From assembly GCA_014251975.1 (NCBI GenBank), contig CP059204.1:60001-92000 (forward strand): a DNA stretch of 32,000 nucleotides. The letters run 5' to 3'. Numbering within the stretch: position 1 is the first letter of the stretch; each line of letters begins with the position of its first letter. The stretch comes from Blattabacterium cuenoti. Lineage in GTDB: Bacteria > Bacteroidota > Bacteroidia > Flavobacteriales > Blattabacteriaceae. A program made the position numbers and the translations under genes. Below are positions 30,604 to 32,000 of this stretch, one piece after another. The notes below the pieces were generated by a model. It was not told where the DNA came from and did no database searches. It saw only the letters and a list, made by a program, of their open reading frames with translations.

Positions 30604-31314
30604 ATGTCAGGACATAGTAAATGGGCAAATATACAACATAGAAAATTTAATCAAGACATTAAAAAATCTAAAAAATTTTCTAAAATATTAAAAGAAATAT
30701 CTGTAATTGTAAAGGTATCAGGAATAAATAGTTTTCGTTTTAAAAATATTATATCTAATGCAAAATCATTAAATATACCTAAAAAAACAATATATAATTC
30801 TATAAAAAAAATATTACAAATTAAAAAGAATGATTATAAATACATAAATTTAGAAGGTAAAATAGATGGAGTTATTATAATAATGGAATGTTATACTGAT
30901 AATAATATTAGAACAATATCTAGTATAAAAAGTTTTTTTAATAAAAATGGCGGTAAATTATGTAATAATGGAGAATTGATACATTTCTTTTATAGAAGAG
31001 GAGTTTTTTATATAAAAAATAAATATATAAACAAGTCATTAGAAGAATTTGAATTAATGACGATAGATTTTGGTGCTGAAAATTTTTTAAAAACAGAAAA
31101 TAAAATTATAATTTATACTAATTTTGAAAATTTTGGATTAATGAAAGCACAATTAGAAAAATTAAAAATTTTTAATAAAAACAAATTATATAGAGTCCCA
31201 AAGAAATTTATTAAGTATATTACAAATAATAAAAAAGAAAAAATTATAACTTTGATAAAAAAATTAGAAAAACATGAAGATATAAATAATATTTATTCTA
31301 ATTTAGATATATAG
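30604..31314 (+). CDS. yebC: YebC/PmpR (TACO1) family DNA-binding regulator
   Basis: The 236-aa product has the N-terminal family signature MSGHSKWANIQHRK. Confidence 0.9.
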   Translation: MSGHSKWANIQHRKFNQDIKKSKKFSKILKEISVIVKVSGINSFRFKNIISNAKSLNIPKKTIYNSIKKILQIKKNDYKYINLEGKIDGVIIIMECYTDNNIRTISSIKSFFNKNGGKLCNNGELIHFFYRRGVFYIKNKYINKSLEEFELMTIDFGAENFLKTENKIIIYTNFENFGLMKAQLEKLKIFNKNKLYRVPKKFIKYITNNKKEKIITLIKKLEKHEDINNIYSNLDI

Positions 31315-31323
31315 AAAAAAATT

Positions 31324-31625
31324 GAGTAGTATGACCTATCGCATTTTTCTTTATTAATTAAAAATGAGGAAAGTCCGGACACCATAGAGCAGCATAGTGG
31401 GTAATACCCATCCATTGTAAGATGAGGAAAAGTGCAACAGAAAGAAAATACATAAATAAATTTGATGTAGTGAAATCAGGTAAACTCTATGTGGTGAAAT
31501 GCTATGTATACCAGTGACTTGCTCGGTTAATTACTGGGGGGTAAGCAGATTGAGAATAATAGGGTAACCTAAATTCCTAGATAAATGATAGGTATTAAAC
31601 AGAATCCGGCTTATAGTACTTACTT
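31324..31625 (+). ncRNA. rnpB: RNase P RNA, bacterial type A, compact (ends approximate)
   Basis: Conserved elements are GAGGAAAGTCCGGAC (31366-31380), GTGCAACAGAAA (31432-31443) and ACAGAATCCGGCTTA (31599-31613). Terminal pairings gacctatc/gataggt (P2) and gagtagtat/atagtactt (P1, one mismatch) define the ends. The P3 hairpin is cattttt...aaaaatg. Confidence 0.9.
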
Positions 31626-31632
31626 TTTTTTT

Positions 31633-31716
31633 GGAGAGATGGCCGAGTGGTTTAAGGCGCACGTCTGGAAAGCGTGTACACAAATAGTGTCAAGGGTTCG
31701 AATCCCTTTCTTTCCG
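31633..31716 (+). tRNA. tRNA-Ser (anticodon GGA)
   Basis: Folded by hand: acceptor GGAGAGA/TCTTTCC (one G-U pair), D region GGCCGAGTGGTTTAAGGC, anticodon loop CTGGAAA, a long variable arm, T arm AAGGG-TTCGAAT-CCCTT and discriminator G. Confidence 0.92.
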
Positions 31717-31720
31717 CTTA

Positions 31721-32000
31721 TTATTTATCTATATCCCTTAATTTTTTTTCAATAACATTAGATCTAACCCCAATTAATTTATCTATATCCTTTGTAGCTC
31801 CTTTTAATTTATATTTTGCTTGATTTAATAATATCCCAAATTTTGAAAATTCTTGTTTTACAGATTCTAAAACTTTCCAAATTTCAGATGTTTTCTTTTG
31901 TATAGATAAAGTACGAAATCCAATTTGCAAACTATTTAAAATAGCAGCTAAAGTAGAAGGACCAGTAATTACTACTTTATATTTTTTTAATAATTCTTCT
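31721..32000 (-). CDS. rmuC: DNA recombination protein RmuC, C-terminal part (5' end lies outside the window)
   Basis: The minus-strand frame is open to the window edge. Its translation reads EELLKKYKVVITGPSTLAAILNSLQIGFRTLSIQKKTSEIWKVLESVKQEFSKFG..., which is RmuC-like. The TTG start at 31930 in the ORF track is internal. Confidence 0.8.
   Translation of the reverse strand, partial: EELLKKYKVVITGPSTLAAILNSLQIGFRTLSIQKKTSEIWKVLESVKQEFSKFGILLNQAKYKLKGATKDIDKLIGVRSNVIEKKLRDIDK

Overview
This window is a gene-dense, very A+T-rich (judged by eye, not computed) piece of a reduced bacterial chromosome. The gene content and order point to a Bacteroidota/Flavobacteriales-type insect endosymbiont (Blattabacterium- or Sulcia-like). 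This is inferred from atpBEFHAG without atpDC, the rpmB-rpmG-DUF4295-ftsY cluster, a GYDIA-family GHMP kinase, a Bacteroidota-type HU, a long LepB and the lack of Shine-Dalgarno-like sequences. I can support 33 protein genes, all housekeeping. They cover NAD synthesis, two aminoacyl-tRNA synthetases, F1F0 ATPase, GrpE/DnaJ/HtpG chaperones, tRNA modification (mnmA, mnmG), dapB, lepB, mutL, gltA, fumC, fabD, ftsY, ribosomal proteins, yebC and rmuC. There are also three tRNAs (Leu-GAG, Leu-UAG, Ser-GGA) and a compact RNase P RNA. Two of the protein genes are short conserved ORFs below the ORF-track cutoff: a 30-aa bS22-like basic peptide and a 55-aa DUF4295 protein. TGA is used as a stop codon (atpA, gltA), so the standard code 11 applies. 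I found no mobile element, CRISPR array, prophage, toxin-antitoxin or defence-like content, and no convincing novel multi-gene system. The points worth a second look are smaller in scale: (1) a perfect 27-bp x5 tandem repeat that adds a Lys/Pro-rich tail to HU; (2) two anomalously long gene-free spacers (about 1.0 kb and 0.78 kb) in an otherwise overlapping, compact genome, one of which ends in a perfect 32-bp palindrome upstream of the atp operon; (3) a DnaJ with only two of the four CxxCxGxG motifs; (4) a MutL whose C-terminal endonuclease motifs look degenerate; (5) a possible 50-aa two-TM ORF between fumC and mnmG; (6) recurrent short perfect tandem duplications in intergenic DNA and many long in-frame poly(A) tracts.
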